Source: a virus. From it: DNA of 17,750 nt. The position numbers and the translations under genes are program-made. Under the pieces are notes generated by a model. That model saw only the letters and a program-made list of their open reading frames with translations, did not search any database and was not told where the DNA came from. Location of the stretch: the UHGV virus genome UHGV-0162636; one strand, 5' to 3'. Below, piece by piece: positions 1 through 7,232 of this stretch; the stretch's first letter is position 1, and each line of letters begins with the position of its first letter.

Positions 1-49
1 AAGGTATACTCTCATACCGACAAAAACATGGATGCATTACGGGTGAATT

Positions 50-1300
50 TTGCTTACCGATACCAAACTGAAAAATCTGAAGCCGCAGGAGAAACTGTAT
101 AAGGTTTCCGACCGTGACGGGCTGTATGTCGCCGTGCTCACGTCAGGATCTGTCTCGTTCCGCTACGACTACCGCATTAACGGCCGCCGGGAAACGCTGG
201 TGATCGGTCAGTACGGTCGTGACGGTATCAGCCTGGCGGAAGCGCGCGAGGAACTTATTGCCGCCAAAAAGTTGCTGAAGTCAGGCCAGTCGCCTGCTGC
301 GGCAAAACGTGACGGTATCAGGCAGATTTCCAGCGCAGAAACATTCGCGGTATATACCGACGCCTACATGAAATATGTCACCCTGGCCGACAGCACCCGA
401 TCCATGAAGCAGGCGGTTATTGAGCGTGATATCCTCCCGGTGCTCGGAAACAAGATGATGACTGAGATAACCACCAGGGTGGTGCGCGACCTGTGCGATC
501 GTATCGTCGAGCGTGGCGGCCGGGCGAGGGCGATTCAGGTCAGGGAGATAATCAGCAGTGTGTACCGGTATGCCAACGACCGCGGGCACGGCCTGTTCAA
601 TCCGGCTGCCGACATTAAGCCATCATCCATCGCTATGTTTAAGCCGCGCGAGCGCACACTGTCGCCAGAGGAGATCGGCATTTTCTTCCGCGCGCTGGAC
701 GACATCGGAGCGATGGGCACAATGAAGATGGCTCTCAAGCTGGTACTGCTGACGCTGGTGCGAAAAAGCGAATTCACTTACGCGACCTGGGCAGAGATCG
801 ATTTCAAGAAATGGACATGGACGATCCCCGCTGACAGGATGAAGGCCGGGCGTGCGCATGTGATTTACCTGCCGAAGCAGGCGCAGGATCTGCTGGTGGG
901 GTTGCAGATGTGTGCTGGCGGCAGTGAATACCTGGTGCCCGGGCGCTACAACTTCCGTAAGCCGTTATCGAACGCGGCGCTGAACTCGCTGGTAAACCGT
1001 ACCGTGGAGGCCATAAACAGAGACGGCGAGAAGATACAGGACTTCACGGTGCACGACCTGCGCCGTACGGCAAGCACGCTGCTGCATGAAGCTGATTATC
1101 CATCAGACTGGATCGAGAAGGCACAGGCACATGAGCAGAAGGGCGTACGCGCGGTTTACAACAAAGCGGAGTATGCCCGGCAGCGAGCCTATATGTTGCA
1201 GCAGTGGGCAGATATGGTTGATTCCTGGATTAATGGGGAGCACACCGATCTGGTACCGTTCTCCCCGTCGAAGTTTGAGAGGTGGATGGAAAGTCAGTAG
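50..1300 (+). CDS. int: Phage tyrosine integrase (P4-type, with N-terminal arm-binding DUF4102-like region); likely TTG start at 50
   Basis: 416-aa ORF. N-terminal LTDTKLKNLKP...DRDGLYVAV...SFRYDYR is typical of P4-family integrases; C-terminal HDLRRTASTLLHE...Y catalytic region matches the tyrosine recombinase fold. In-frame TGA just upstream limits the start to TTG at 50. Confidence 0.9.
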   Translation: MLTDTKLKNLKPQEKLYKVSDRDGLYVAVLTSGSVSFRYDYRINGRRETLVIGQYGRDGISLAEAREELIAAKKLLKSGQSPAAAKRDGIRQISSAETFAVYTDAYMKYVTLADSTRSMKQAVIERDILPVLGNKMMTEITTRVVRDLCDRIVERGGRARAIQVREIISSVYRYANDRGHGLFNPAADIKPSSIAMFKPRERTLSPEEIGIFFRALDDIGAMGTMKMALKLVLLTLVRKSEFTYATWAEIDFKKWTWTIPADRMKAGRAHVIYLPKQAQDLLVGLQMCAGGSEYLVPGRYNFRKPLSNAALNSLVNRTVEAINRDGEKIQDFTVHDLRRTASTLLHEADYPSDWIEKAQAHEQKGVRAVYNKAEYARQRAYMLQQWADMVDSWINGEHTDLVPFSPSKFERWMESQ

Positions 1301-1335
1301 CCGAATTAAATGGCTATTTAAATCTCGCTGATGAA

Positions 1336-1983
1336 TTATGCCGCACGCTCCCGGCCCTGGTTGTCTGTTGGTGACAACGGAGCATGTCCGAATGCCCTCG
1401 TTATCCCGGCGATATCCAGCGCGTAACCAGGGTGCAACTGCACCGCCGGGCCTTCGCACTGGTTTCCCCAAACGTCAAACCCATGCGACGACTGGCGGGC
1501 GAATAGCTCGATGCGCGGCACATCGCCAAGCAACTGCACCAGCTTCTCTCTGATCACGTCCGGCTTGCGCGAGTTCTCCAGGCGCGGCGCCGTGACATGC
1601 TGGCAGATCGAAGCGTCCATGCGCGCCGGCAGTTTCCCGCGCACCGCAAACAGACAGTCTTCGCTGTTCGCCCGGGTCATGTGTCCCATGCCGATGGCGC
1701 TGTTGCCTTTGTGCTTATTCGTTTTGTGCCAGGTGAATCCCTTCATCGTCATCAGGCGAAATCCCCACGCTTCGATAACCTTCAACGCTTCAATCGGCTG
1801 TGTTGGAACCCACCACATAGCCAGCAGGCAATCTTCGGCAGCCAGATCCCACACAGGCAGGCGGCAGATGTCCAGCACGTTCATAACCGGATACTTGAAG
1901 CCGGCGCCGCGCTCGCCGTCGGCTGCTTTGTCACGGTATACCCAAGGCGGGTCTGCGTAAATGAGAGTGTATTTGCCAGTCAT
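1336..1983 (-). CDS. DNA N6-adenine methyltransferase, MT-A70-like (orphan, no adjacent restriction enzyme)
   Basis: 215-aa ORF beginning MTGKYTLIYADPPW; the DPPW catalytic motif right at the N-terminus is characteristic of MT-A70-family phage adenine methylases. Convergent with int. Confidence 0.8.
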   Translation of the reverse strand: MTGKYTLIYADPPWVYRDKAADGERGAGFKYPVMNVLDICRLPVWDLAAEDCLLAMWWVPTQPIEALKVIEAWGFRLMTMKGFTWHKTNKHKGNSAIGMGHMTRANSEDCLFAVRGKLPARMDASICQHVTAPRLENSRKPDVIREKLVQLLGDVPRIELFARQSSHGFDVWGNQCEGPAVQLHPGYALDIAGITRAFGHAPLSPTDNQGRERAA

Positions 1984-2138
1984 GCCGCCACCTTCTTACA
2001 GTTCATCAGCTCGGCCAGGCGCTGAGCCTTCAATGGGTTTCTGATAACGTCGCCGTTCGGTGCTACCCATCCACGGCGAATGATGGAATAGGGCAGCGTG
2101 ACACTGCCCACGGTGATCCCGTCGTGCGGGTTAGTCAT
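1980..2138 (-). CDS. Small hypothetical early protein (53 aa from internal ATG; the track ORF extends to 2258)
   Basis: ATG at 2138 is preceded by a GGGGTGG Shine-Dalgarno-like run and sits 2 nt after the TAA of the upstream ORF. The longer version would overlap the neighbouring gene by 128 bp. Stop overlaps the methylase start. Confidence 0.35.
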   Translation of the reverse strand: MTNPHDGITVGSVTLPYSIIRRGWVAPNGDVIRNPLKAQRLAELMNCKKVAA

Positions 2139-2427
2139 AAACCACCCCGCGACATCCGATCCCGCTGTAGTCCAGATGCGGGGTGCGGTTACCTTTGGTG
2201 ATGCACTGCTGGCGGCGCATCGCGATACGGGCGCGCTCAACTTCACCAACAGCCGCATCCAGGCACTGGAGCCAGAGGCGGGCCGCGATGCGATAATGAC
2301 CGCGGCGCTCGCGCTCGATGGCCCGGCTTTCGATCTCCATGGCTTCCGGCGTTACTGCCACCACTCTTTCAACACGGCGCTGCGAGACGTAGTCTTCGTG
2401 ATAGCGCTCAAGTTTCGTCTTTTTCAT
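2131..2427 (-). CDS. Small regulator-like protein, possibly PerC-family (99 aa from internal ATG at 2427)
   Basis: ATG at 2427 is preceded by GAGAGG at good spacing. Protein has the segment RGHYRIAARLWLQCLD, resembling the GLWRRAA-RW core I recall for PerC/Pch-like prophage regulators. Family assignment is from memory and uncertain. Confidence 0.45.
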   Translation of the reverse strand: MKKTKLERYHEDYVSQRRVERVVAVTPEAMEIESRAIERERRGHYRIAARLWLQCLDAAVGEVERARIAMRRQQCITKGNRTPHLDYSGIGCRGVVYD

Positions 2428-2536
2428 TTGATCCAGACCTCTCAACTGATTACCGCCGCCAGCCACATCAGGTAGGCGACCACGGCCAGATACAGGTACA
2501 CATCTGACCATCTGCCGATATGCTTCTTCAGCGCCG

Positions 2537-2785
2537 TCATGCAGCTGCACTCACCGGGCGATAAACGCGGCGGTCAACTGGAGGCTTTTTTCCGGTGAAC
2601 GTCGCCGGGCTTGCCGCCTTACGTTTATCCAGCCAGGCTTCAACTTCGCTCTGGTCCCACGCACAGCGGCGGTCGGTGATCCAGAAACGAGACGGGAATT
2701 CGCCAGCCTGTTCCAGGCGGTCAATCGTGCTCCATGACAGTGGCACCACCGCCAGGAGTTCCTTCTTACCAAATGCACCTTTCAT
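2537..2785 (-). CDS. AlpA/Xis-like small DNA-binding protein (excisionase or transcriptional regulator)
   Basis: 82-aa ORF with LSWSTIDRLEQAGEFPSRFWITDRRCAWDQSEVEAWL, the winged-helix pattern of AlpA/Vis/excisionase proteins. GAGAGGT Shine-Dalgarno 5 nt before the ATG. Confidence 0.75.
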   Translation of the reverse strand: MKGAFGKKELLAVVPLSWSTIDRLEQAGEFPSRFWITDRRCAWDQSEVEAWLDKRKAASPATFTGKKPPVDRRVYRPVSAAA

Positions 2786-2834
2786 AAATACCTCTCTTGG
2801 TTGCAGGTGTGGCGCCGTGGCGCCACGGTGGTGA

Positions 2835-3716
2835 TTACATTGGGACTTCGTTCAGCTCATCTCGGCGGATGGTGTACACGTCAGTGGCTTTAGCCAGTCG
2901 GTCATCGTCGTTAGAGAGCTTGCTGGCAACGTATTTGTATGCCTTGTCCAGATCTTTCAGCGTGTTGTAGTTCATCGCTGCATCAGTGAAGGCGCACAGA
3001 ATTTCTTCTGGATCGCGGTCGTCGCTGCTCTTCGGCTTCTCCTCCTGGTGCTGCTCAGACTTGGAGTTGATCAGTTTGTTCATGCCGGACGCGGTAGCGG
3101 GTGTCGGCGTGATATCGCGCTCAACGCGCGGTGCCGTTTCCTGCAATTCGTCAGGGGTGTACACGCCAAGCAGGACGTCAGGGGAATGCAGGCGAGCCCA
3201 ACGCTTAACGCAAAGGTATGCGAGCTGCTGTCGAGGATCCTGCTCCCATAGAGGGGAGTTCCGAACACCGGCCTGGGCCATGCTGATCGTCAGCTCGCGC
3301 GGCTCTGATTCTCCTTTGAGGGTTGCCCATACGGTAACGGTCAGGTTCGGCGATTTGTCGGATTTCCCGTTTACTTTCGACCAGTCACCATCCCAGCGAT
3401 AATTCAGGCGGGTGGCCAGCAGATTGGAGGAGGACACAACCGCGTTTACCAGCTGCGCTTCATAACCAAGCGTGCCGTTAACCACATGTGTTTTCTGCGC
3501 CACAGCGAACGGGTTCATGCCCCACTGCGCCGCCTGCATGGTCACAGCCAGGCAGTCAGCAGGCTTTCCTGCCAGGTGCGCAGGAACGGTGGCCTTACTG
3601 TCAGCCATCAGGGTTGCGAAACGCACCAGGCGGTCCATGCCCTCAGGGCTGAAGATTGCCGCAGCGGTGCCAACGGTTGCGCCAGGCTGCGATGTGATTG
3701 CGATGTCGTTGCTCAT
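2835..3716 (-). CDS. recT: RecT/Bet-family single-strand annealing recombinase
   Basis: 293-aa ORF. MQAAQWGMNPFA and VERDITPTP segments parallel ANQYGLNPW and ERDITP in lambda Bet as I recall it. Start ATG overlaps the exonuclease stop (ATGA), implying translational coupling. Confidence 0.85.
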   Translation of the reverse strand: MSNDIAITSQPGATVGTAAAIFSPEGMDRLVRFATLMADSKATVPAHLAGKPADCLAVTMQAAQWGMNPFAVAQKTHVVNGTLGYEAQLVNAVVSSSNLLATRLNYRWDGDWSKVNGKSDKSPNLTVTVWATLKGESEPRELTISMAQAGVRNSPLWEQDPRQQLAYLCVKRWARLHSPDVLLGVYTPDELQETAPRVERDITPTPATASGMNKLINSKSEQHQEEKPKSSDDRDPEEILCAFTDAAMNYNTLKDLDKAYKYVASKLSNDDDRLAKATDVYTIRRDELNEVPM

Positions 3717-4534
3717 ACGTACTTATCCTGTTTGCGTGCCCACTCGGGGCGTTTGATAATTTCAAATCCACCCCATTCGCCAGACTCACGGCACTGGTGG
3801 TAGGTATTCAGATCCCGGCGGAACAGTGCATGCCCGGCGTCAACGTCCTGTGCATCCAGTTCGAAAACGCGCACCGGGTAGCGGCCGCAGTCGATGGTTT
3901 CGCTCACTGCCAGGAAAAAGAATCCGTGCGGCTCACCGGTGGTCTGCTGCGCGCCTTCGCGGTACATGGCGTCCTGAACGTGGTACCGGAATTCCTCGAT
4001 GTGGCGGGAGAACCGCTCCATGTCCGCAACCTTCTTTACGTCCAGCAGAACCGGATGATTCTTCAGGCGCTTATCCGGGCGAATGCGGCACAGCTCTCCG
4101 GTTTCCGAATCCGTCCAGTAGTGCGACGCTTCGCAGAAACCTTCCGCCTCAAGAAGCCAGCGCGCCGCCGGATGGGCCATCGCGCTGTCACGCATAAGAT
4201 TCAGCTTGCGGCCCTGTTCGGCATCCATAACCGTCATGCCCATGTTCTCGACATCTTTCAGGAACGCTGCTTCATCCTCTTTTCCGGCTGCTGTGCGGCG
4301 GTTGAACTGCGGCGCCACGATGAAACGCTTATCGAACTCTTCCGGCTCCAGCAGCAGGCAGTGCAGGGCGGTGCCCATATCCAGCGCTTTCAGCTTTTCG
4401 GTGTCGACCGGCGCTGATTTCTGCCATTGCAGCAGGGCCGGGCTCAACGCAACCATATCCAGCTGCGACTTACTCACGCCGTCTCCGGAGTGGTAATCCT
4501 CGTTGCTGATGTCGAAGTAAATTCCTGGCTTCAT
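3713..4534 (-). CDS. PD-(D/E)XK exonuclease (RecE/exonuclease VIII-like partner of RecT)
   Basis: 273-aa ORF beginning MKPGIYFDISNEDYHSGDGVSKSQL; contains RPD...LLDVKK consistent with a PD-(D/E)XK nuclease motif. Sits directly upstream of and coupled to recT. Confidence 0.8.
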   Translation of the reverse strand: MKPGIYFDISNEDYHSGDGVSKSQLDMVALSPALLQWQKSAPVDTEKLKALDMGTALHCLLLEPEEFDKRFIVAPQFNRRTAAGKEDEAAFLKDVENMGMTVMDAEQGRKLNLMRDSAMAHPAARWLLEAEGFCEASHYWTDSETGELCRIRPDKRLKNHPVLLDVKKVADMERFSRHIEEFRYHVQDAMYREGAQQTTGEPHGFFFLAVSETIDCGRYPVRVFELDAQDVDAGHALFRRDLNTYHQCRESGEWGGFEIIKRPEWARKQDKYV

Positions 4535-4830
4535 GCCGCGTTCCTCGCCGTGTCCAACTGGTCAGCCAGATCCCACTTCGCGATGATGCTGGTCAGCGCG
4601 CTCTGGAATGCAGCGAGAGTTTCTTCAAATTCCGGATTCATCATTAGCTCTTCCAGAATCTCCTTGCGCACGCCTTTGCGCTCCAGCGCATAGAAAGGTT
4701 CCTGCAGCTGGTGATGCTTAATGGCGTCGATCAGCTCTACCTGGCGCTCGTAGTGCAACTGGCTCAGCTGGTAGTCGCTGTCGATGCTGGTCATGATGCT
4801 TTTTAGGTTATTGATCTGCTGGATGTTCAC
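4531..4830 (-). CDS. Hypothetical early protein (99 aa, GTG start)
   Basis: ORF with GGGGGTGAG upstream of the GTG start; stop overlaps the exonuclease start (ATGA). Acidic, helical-looking sequence with no recognisable motif. Its position in a recombination module is compatible with a host-nuclease inhibitor or Kil-type function, but that is speculative. Confidence 0.6.
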   Translation of the reverse strand: MNIQQINNLKSIMTSIDSDYQLSQLHYERQVELIDAIKHHQLQEPFYALERKGVRKEILEELMMNPEFEETLAAFQSALTSIIAKWDLADQLDTARNAA

Positions 4831-4976
4831 TTGCTCACCCCCATATCCATTTCAGTTTTGACTGCCATCTTGGTGACAAACGCCCAGTTGATGGCCTCAT
4901 GCAGAGTGCGGCACTTAGTGCTCATCAGCCCGCACGCCGTAACGCAGTACCAACCGTTGATGATTTTCCACTGCAT
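4827..4976 (-). CDS. Small hypothetical protein (49 aa), first gene of the early-left operon; not in the ORF track
   Basis: Hand translation: MQWKIINGWYCVTACGLMSTKCRTLHEAINWAFVTKMAVKTEMDMGVSK. GAGGT lies 8-9 nt upstream of the ATG at 4976; the TGA stop overlaps the GTG start of the next gene. Confidence 0.35.
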   Translation of the reverse strand: MQWKIINGWYCVTACGLMSTKCRTLHEAINWAFVTKMAVKTEMDMGVSK

Positions 4977-4982
4977 AATTCG

Positions 4983-5008
4983 TTACCTCAGTGTTACCGT
5001 TGAGGTAA
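4983..5008. promoter_or_regulatory. Inverted repeat TTACCTCA-N10-TGAGGTAA overlapping a candidate leftward early promoter (operator-like)
   Basis: 8-bp arms at 4983-4990 and 5001-5008 share the TTACC/GGTAA half-site with the window-wide palindrome. A minus-strand TTGACT (-35, 5031-5036) and weak -10 lie just upstream in transcript terms. Confidence 0.45.
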
Positions 5009-5055
5009 TAATTATCCTTATGTGGTTTGAAGTCAATAGGTATGATTATAAAAAA

Positions 5056-5070
5056 TTACCTGTAAGGTAA
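5056..5070. promoter_or_regulatory. 15-bp palindrome TTACCTGTAAGGTAA (candidate operator, copy A)
   Basis: Perfect TTACCT-N3-AGGTAA. Located between the repressor-gene terminator and the leftward promoter. Confidence 0.55.
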
Positions 5071-5080
5071 CGCTTCTGGC

Positions 5081-5107
5081 AATAAAAAAGCCGCTCAATG
5101 GCGGCTT
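5081..5107 (-). terminator. Rho-independent terminator downstream of the repressor gene
   Basis: On the minus strand: 7-bp GC-rich stem (5088-5094 pairing with 5101-5107), 6-nt loop, followed by a TTTTATT run. Confidence 0.5.
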
Positions 5108-5127
5108 AGTATCTGAAATATATGGTT

Positions 5128-5718
5128 TTAATCTTGCGCTTTACCGTTCTGAACAATCACAAAATCGACGTAGCTCTCAATCTTGCTTTTCTCGCTCTCA
5201 GGTAACAATGCGTAGCGGGCCCGGTCGTAATGGATGGTCGCCGGGTCGCGGGGATGGATGAGCAACTCATAGCCGCGGCGCCCGAACGCGCCAGCGATCG
5301 CCTCCAGGGTGGAGATAGAAACGCTAACCTCATTGTTCAGCATGCGCTGGATTGTCGCCTGGGCAACGCCGGACGCTTTAGACACCTTTCCCTGAGACGA
5401 CAGGTCGCGGTTATTCTGCATCCACGCTTCGAGATTATGCGCCGCCAGCTGGCCGATATCGGAAGGGGTGATCTCCTCCTGCGGTATGGCAACAGCAGAT
5501 AATGAGTGGTCTACGTCCAGCCAGTTCGACGGCTTGTTCGCCGCCTTCTCAATCTTGCGCGCCACCGTGTCGCCGATAACCTTCTGCCCGCGGGCCCAGC
5601 GGTTCACCAGGTTGGCCTGAGTTCCCAGTTTTTCCGCCAGACGAGTCTGCACCCCGTTAAAGTCACGGTCGATGATATCGTTAATATTCTGCCTGCGGAT
5701 ATCCTGAATACTTTTCAT
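5128..5718 (-). CDS. Prophage repressor (CI-like) with two tandem XRE-type HTH domains and no LexA-like S24 peptidase domain
   Basis: 196-aa ORF. HTH-like segments GVQTRLAEKLGTQANLVNRWARGQ and KASGVAQATIQRMLNNEVSVSISTLEAIAGAF. No Ala-Gly/Ser-Lys autocleavage domain visible. Divergent from the Cro-like gene. Confidence 0.8.
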   Translation of the reverse strand: MKSIQDIRRQNINDIIDRDFNGVQTRLAEKLGTQANLVNRWARGQKVIGDTVARKIEKAANKPSNWLDVDHSLSAVAIPQEEITPSDIGQLAAHNLEAWMQNNRDLSSQGKVSKASGVAQATIQRMLNNEVSVSISTLEAIAGAFGRRGYELLIHPRDPATIHYDRARYALLPESEKSKIESYVDFVIVQNGKAQD

Positions 5719-5773
5719 GCTCTGGTGATTCGCCTCATATATGAATTAGTTAGTGGTTCAATTAAAAGCGAAT

Positions 5774-5788
5774 TTACCTCACAGGTAA
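5774..5788. promoter_or_regulatory. 15-bp palindrome TTACCTCACAGGTAA (candidate operator, copy B1) in the repressor/cro intergenic region
   Basis: Perfect TTACCT-N3-AGGTAA in the divergent promoter region; an additional GGTAA half-site follows at 5801-5805. Confidence 0.6.
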
Positions 5789-5821
5789 ATGCACCCGACA
5801 GGTAACAAACCTTGATTATTA

Positions 5822-5837
5822 TTACCTTCTGGGTGAA
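5822..5837. promoter_or_regulatory. Degenerate operator-like site TTACCTTCTGGGTGAA inside a candidate rightward promoter
   Basis: Lies between a TTGATT -35-like hexamer (5812-5817) and a weak -10 upstream of the Cro-like gene. One arm deviates (GGTGA instead of GGTAA). Confidence 0.4.
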
Positions 5838-5872
5838 TATTTGTTATCTGAAATTAATATCAGGCAATAGCT

Positions 5873-6103
5873 ATGAGCGAGAACGAAAAATTCGACTTCA
5901 AAAAACACTGGTTGCAACTCACTCCTGATGAGCGAAATGCCTTTGCTGACGAGGCAGGAACTACCAGCCATTACATCCAGACGCATCTGACAGGTCGCCG
6001 GAAAATGCCAGGTAAGACATTGATGAATGGGCTGTTTAAGGCATGCAAACAGCGCGGATGGGTCAGAACAAAGCCGGAACTGGCCATCTTCTTCTACGAA
6101 TAA
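5873..6103 (+). CDS. Cro-like small HTH regulator (YdaS/Cro family)
   Basis: 76-aa ORF divergent from the repressor; HTH-like LTPDERNAFADEAGTTSHYIQTHLTGRRKMPGKTL. Confidence 0.7.
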   Translation: MSENEKFDFKKHWLQLTPDERNAFADEAGTTSHYIQTHLTGRRKMPGKTLMNGLFKACKQRGWVRTKPELAIFFYE

Positions 6104-6124
6104 AACCTCCCTCTAAACCCCATC

Positions 6125-6147
6125 AGGCCGCCTTCTGGCGGTCTTTT
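6125..6147 (+). terminator. Hairpin plus short T-run after the Cro-like gene (tR1-like position)
   Basis: AGGCCGCC-ttct-GGCGGTC followed by TTTT. Short T tract, so probably a weak or conditional terminator. Confidence 0.4.
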
Positions 6148-6252
6148 CATATCTATTCAGTTCTCTCAGGTAATAATGATCCGAATATGGTTGATCTTTT
6201 TTCGGCCATCGCACAAAATTACCGTAATAGTAAACGTCAATGAGGTTGCGTA

Positions 6253-6462
6253 ATGGAGATTATCACTCGTCTGGACGCTGCAAAGGCAGGTCTTAAGCGT
6301 TATTACACCGGTAAAAAGTGCAAACACGGTCATGACAGTGAGCGTTACGTCTATAACGGCCATTGCGTTGAGTGCGCCATCAACTCAAGTCTGCGCCGCC
6401 AGGCGGAGATTAAACGGATTATGGATGAAGCTGCGAAAGGCAACGTGCCGGAGGTGATCTGA
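6253..6462 (+). CDS. Small zinc-ribbon-like protein in the cII position
   Basis: 69-aa ORF with CKHGH...NGHCVEC (four Cys/His ligand candidates). GAGG Shine-Dalgarno upstream; stop overlaps the start of the O-like gene. Confidence 0.55.
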   Translation: MEIITRLDAAKAGLKRYYTGKKCKHGHDSERYVYNGHCVECAINSSLRRQAEIKRIMDEAAKGNVPEVI

Positions 6463-7232
6463 TGGCCAGCAGCTGGATTAAGGTCGAGGTGATCACCCCT
6501 GATAAGCCTGAAATATTTCAGATAGCCGAGCTACTGAATATCGACCCGGATGCCGTTCTCGGGAAGCTGGTTCGCATCTGGGCATGGGCCGATCAGCAGA
6601 CAATAGACGGTAACGCTGGCAGCGTTACAAAGGGAGTACTGGACAGACTCGCTTTTATTACCGGATTCGCTGATGCATTGATCGCTGTTGGCTGGCTCGC
6701 ATATGTCGACGAAAAGCTGGTACTGCCTAACTTTGAGCGTCACAACGGTGAATCATCGAAAAAACGGGCACTTACAAACAGAAGAGTCGCAGAACACCGC
6801 AAACGTGAAACGCAAAATGTAACGCGAGCAGCGTTACAAAAAGAGTTACCAGAGGAAGAGGAAGATATAAATAAAACCCCTCTCTCTGCGCGCGAAGGAA
6901 TTCAAATCCCTCCCGTTGTCGTTCCAGGTATCGGGGAACCGATCGGCAAATTCACCATGCATGAAAACTGGCAGCCGTCAGATGACTTCGTCATGCGCGC
7001 CAGGATGTGGGGTCATGCACTTCCTGCAGACGGGTACAAGAAATCAGACCTGATTGAATTCATCACCTACTGGATGGCGGAAGGCAATGTGATGCAACAC
7101 GTGCAGTGGGAGCAGAAGTTTGCCCGGCTGCTGATGAACAGGAGAAAAAGAGCGGCAGGAAAGCGCGGTGACAGCTCTGACGATGACGTACCACACTGGA
7201 ACAGCCCTGAGGGCTGGAAGGATTTCTTATGA
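6462..7232 (+). CDS. Phage replication initiation protein (O-like, possibly with DnaT-like C-terminal domain)
   Basis: 256-aa ORF immediately upstream of and coupled to the P homolog. Contains an internal acidic linker (PEEEEDI) and two dyad-symmetric repeats in its coding sequence. Domain assignment is by position and weak recall. Confidence 0.6.
   Translation: MASSWIKVEVITPDKPEIFQIAELLNIDPDAVLGKLVRIWAWADQQTIDGNAGSVTKGVLDRLAFITGFADALIAVGWLAYVDEKLVLPNFERHNGESSKKRALTNRRVAEHRKRETQNVTRAALQKELPEEEEDINKTPLSAREGIQIPPVVVPGIGEPIGKFTMHENWQPSDDFVMRARMWGHALPADGYKKSDLIEFITYWMAEGNVMQHVQWEQKFARLLMNRRKRAAGKRGDSSDDDVPHWNSPEGWKDFL
6610..6628. repeat. Dyad-symmetric repeat GTAACGCTGGCAGCGTTAC (copy 1), candidate iteron or protein-binding site
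   Basis: 7-bp inverted arms GTAACGC/GCGTTAC around a 5-bp spacer, followed by AAAGGGAG. Repeated 209 bp downstream with 23/27 identity. Confidence 0.5.
6819..6837. repeat. Dyad-symmetric repeat GTAACGCGAGCAGCGTTAC (copy 2)
   Basis: Same arms as copy 1; followed by AAAAAGAG and an A/G-rich stretch. Confidence 0.5.

Noticed and set aside
1-49. Possible tRNA 3' end or attL core upstream of the P4-type integrase
   Set aside because: P4-family integrases usually sit next to a tRNA or tmRNA gene, but the 49 nt available show no acceptor-stem or CCA-like features and no matching direct repeat was found elsewhere in the window. This cannot be decided without upstream sequence.
1304-1323. AT-rich dyad AATTAAATGGCTATTTAAAT between the convergent int and methylase genes, considered as a terminator
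   Set aside because: No GC-rich stem or T tract, so it would be a poor intrinsic terminator. It may be a protein-binding site, but there is no supporting evidence.
1103-1471. 122-aa minus-strand ORF overlapping the 3' end of the integrase gene
   Set aside because: Lies almost entirely inside the well-supported integrase coding region on the opposite strand; no ribosome-binding site or motif.
3698-4417. 239-aa plus-strand ORF (and 3826..4197, 3472..3756, 3486..3803) overlapping the exonuclease and recT genes
   Set aside because: Antisense shadow ORFs in GC-rich coding DNA. The minus-strand genes have recognisable motifs, Shine-Dalgarno sites and coupled stop/start junctions; the plus-strand products are Arg/Ala-rich, low-complexity and motif-free.
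5789-5815. Short ORF (8 codons) starting at the ATG immediately after operator copy B1
   Set aside because: Too short, no Shine-Dalgarno of its own, and lies in the operator/promoter region; most likely a chance ATG.
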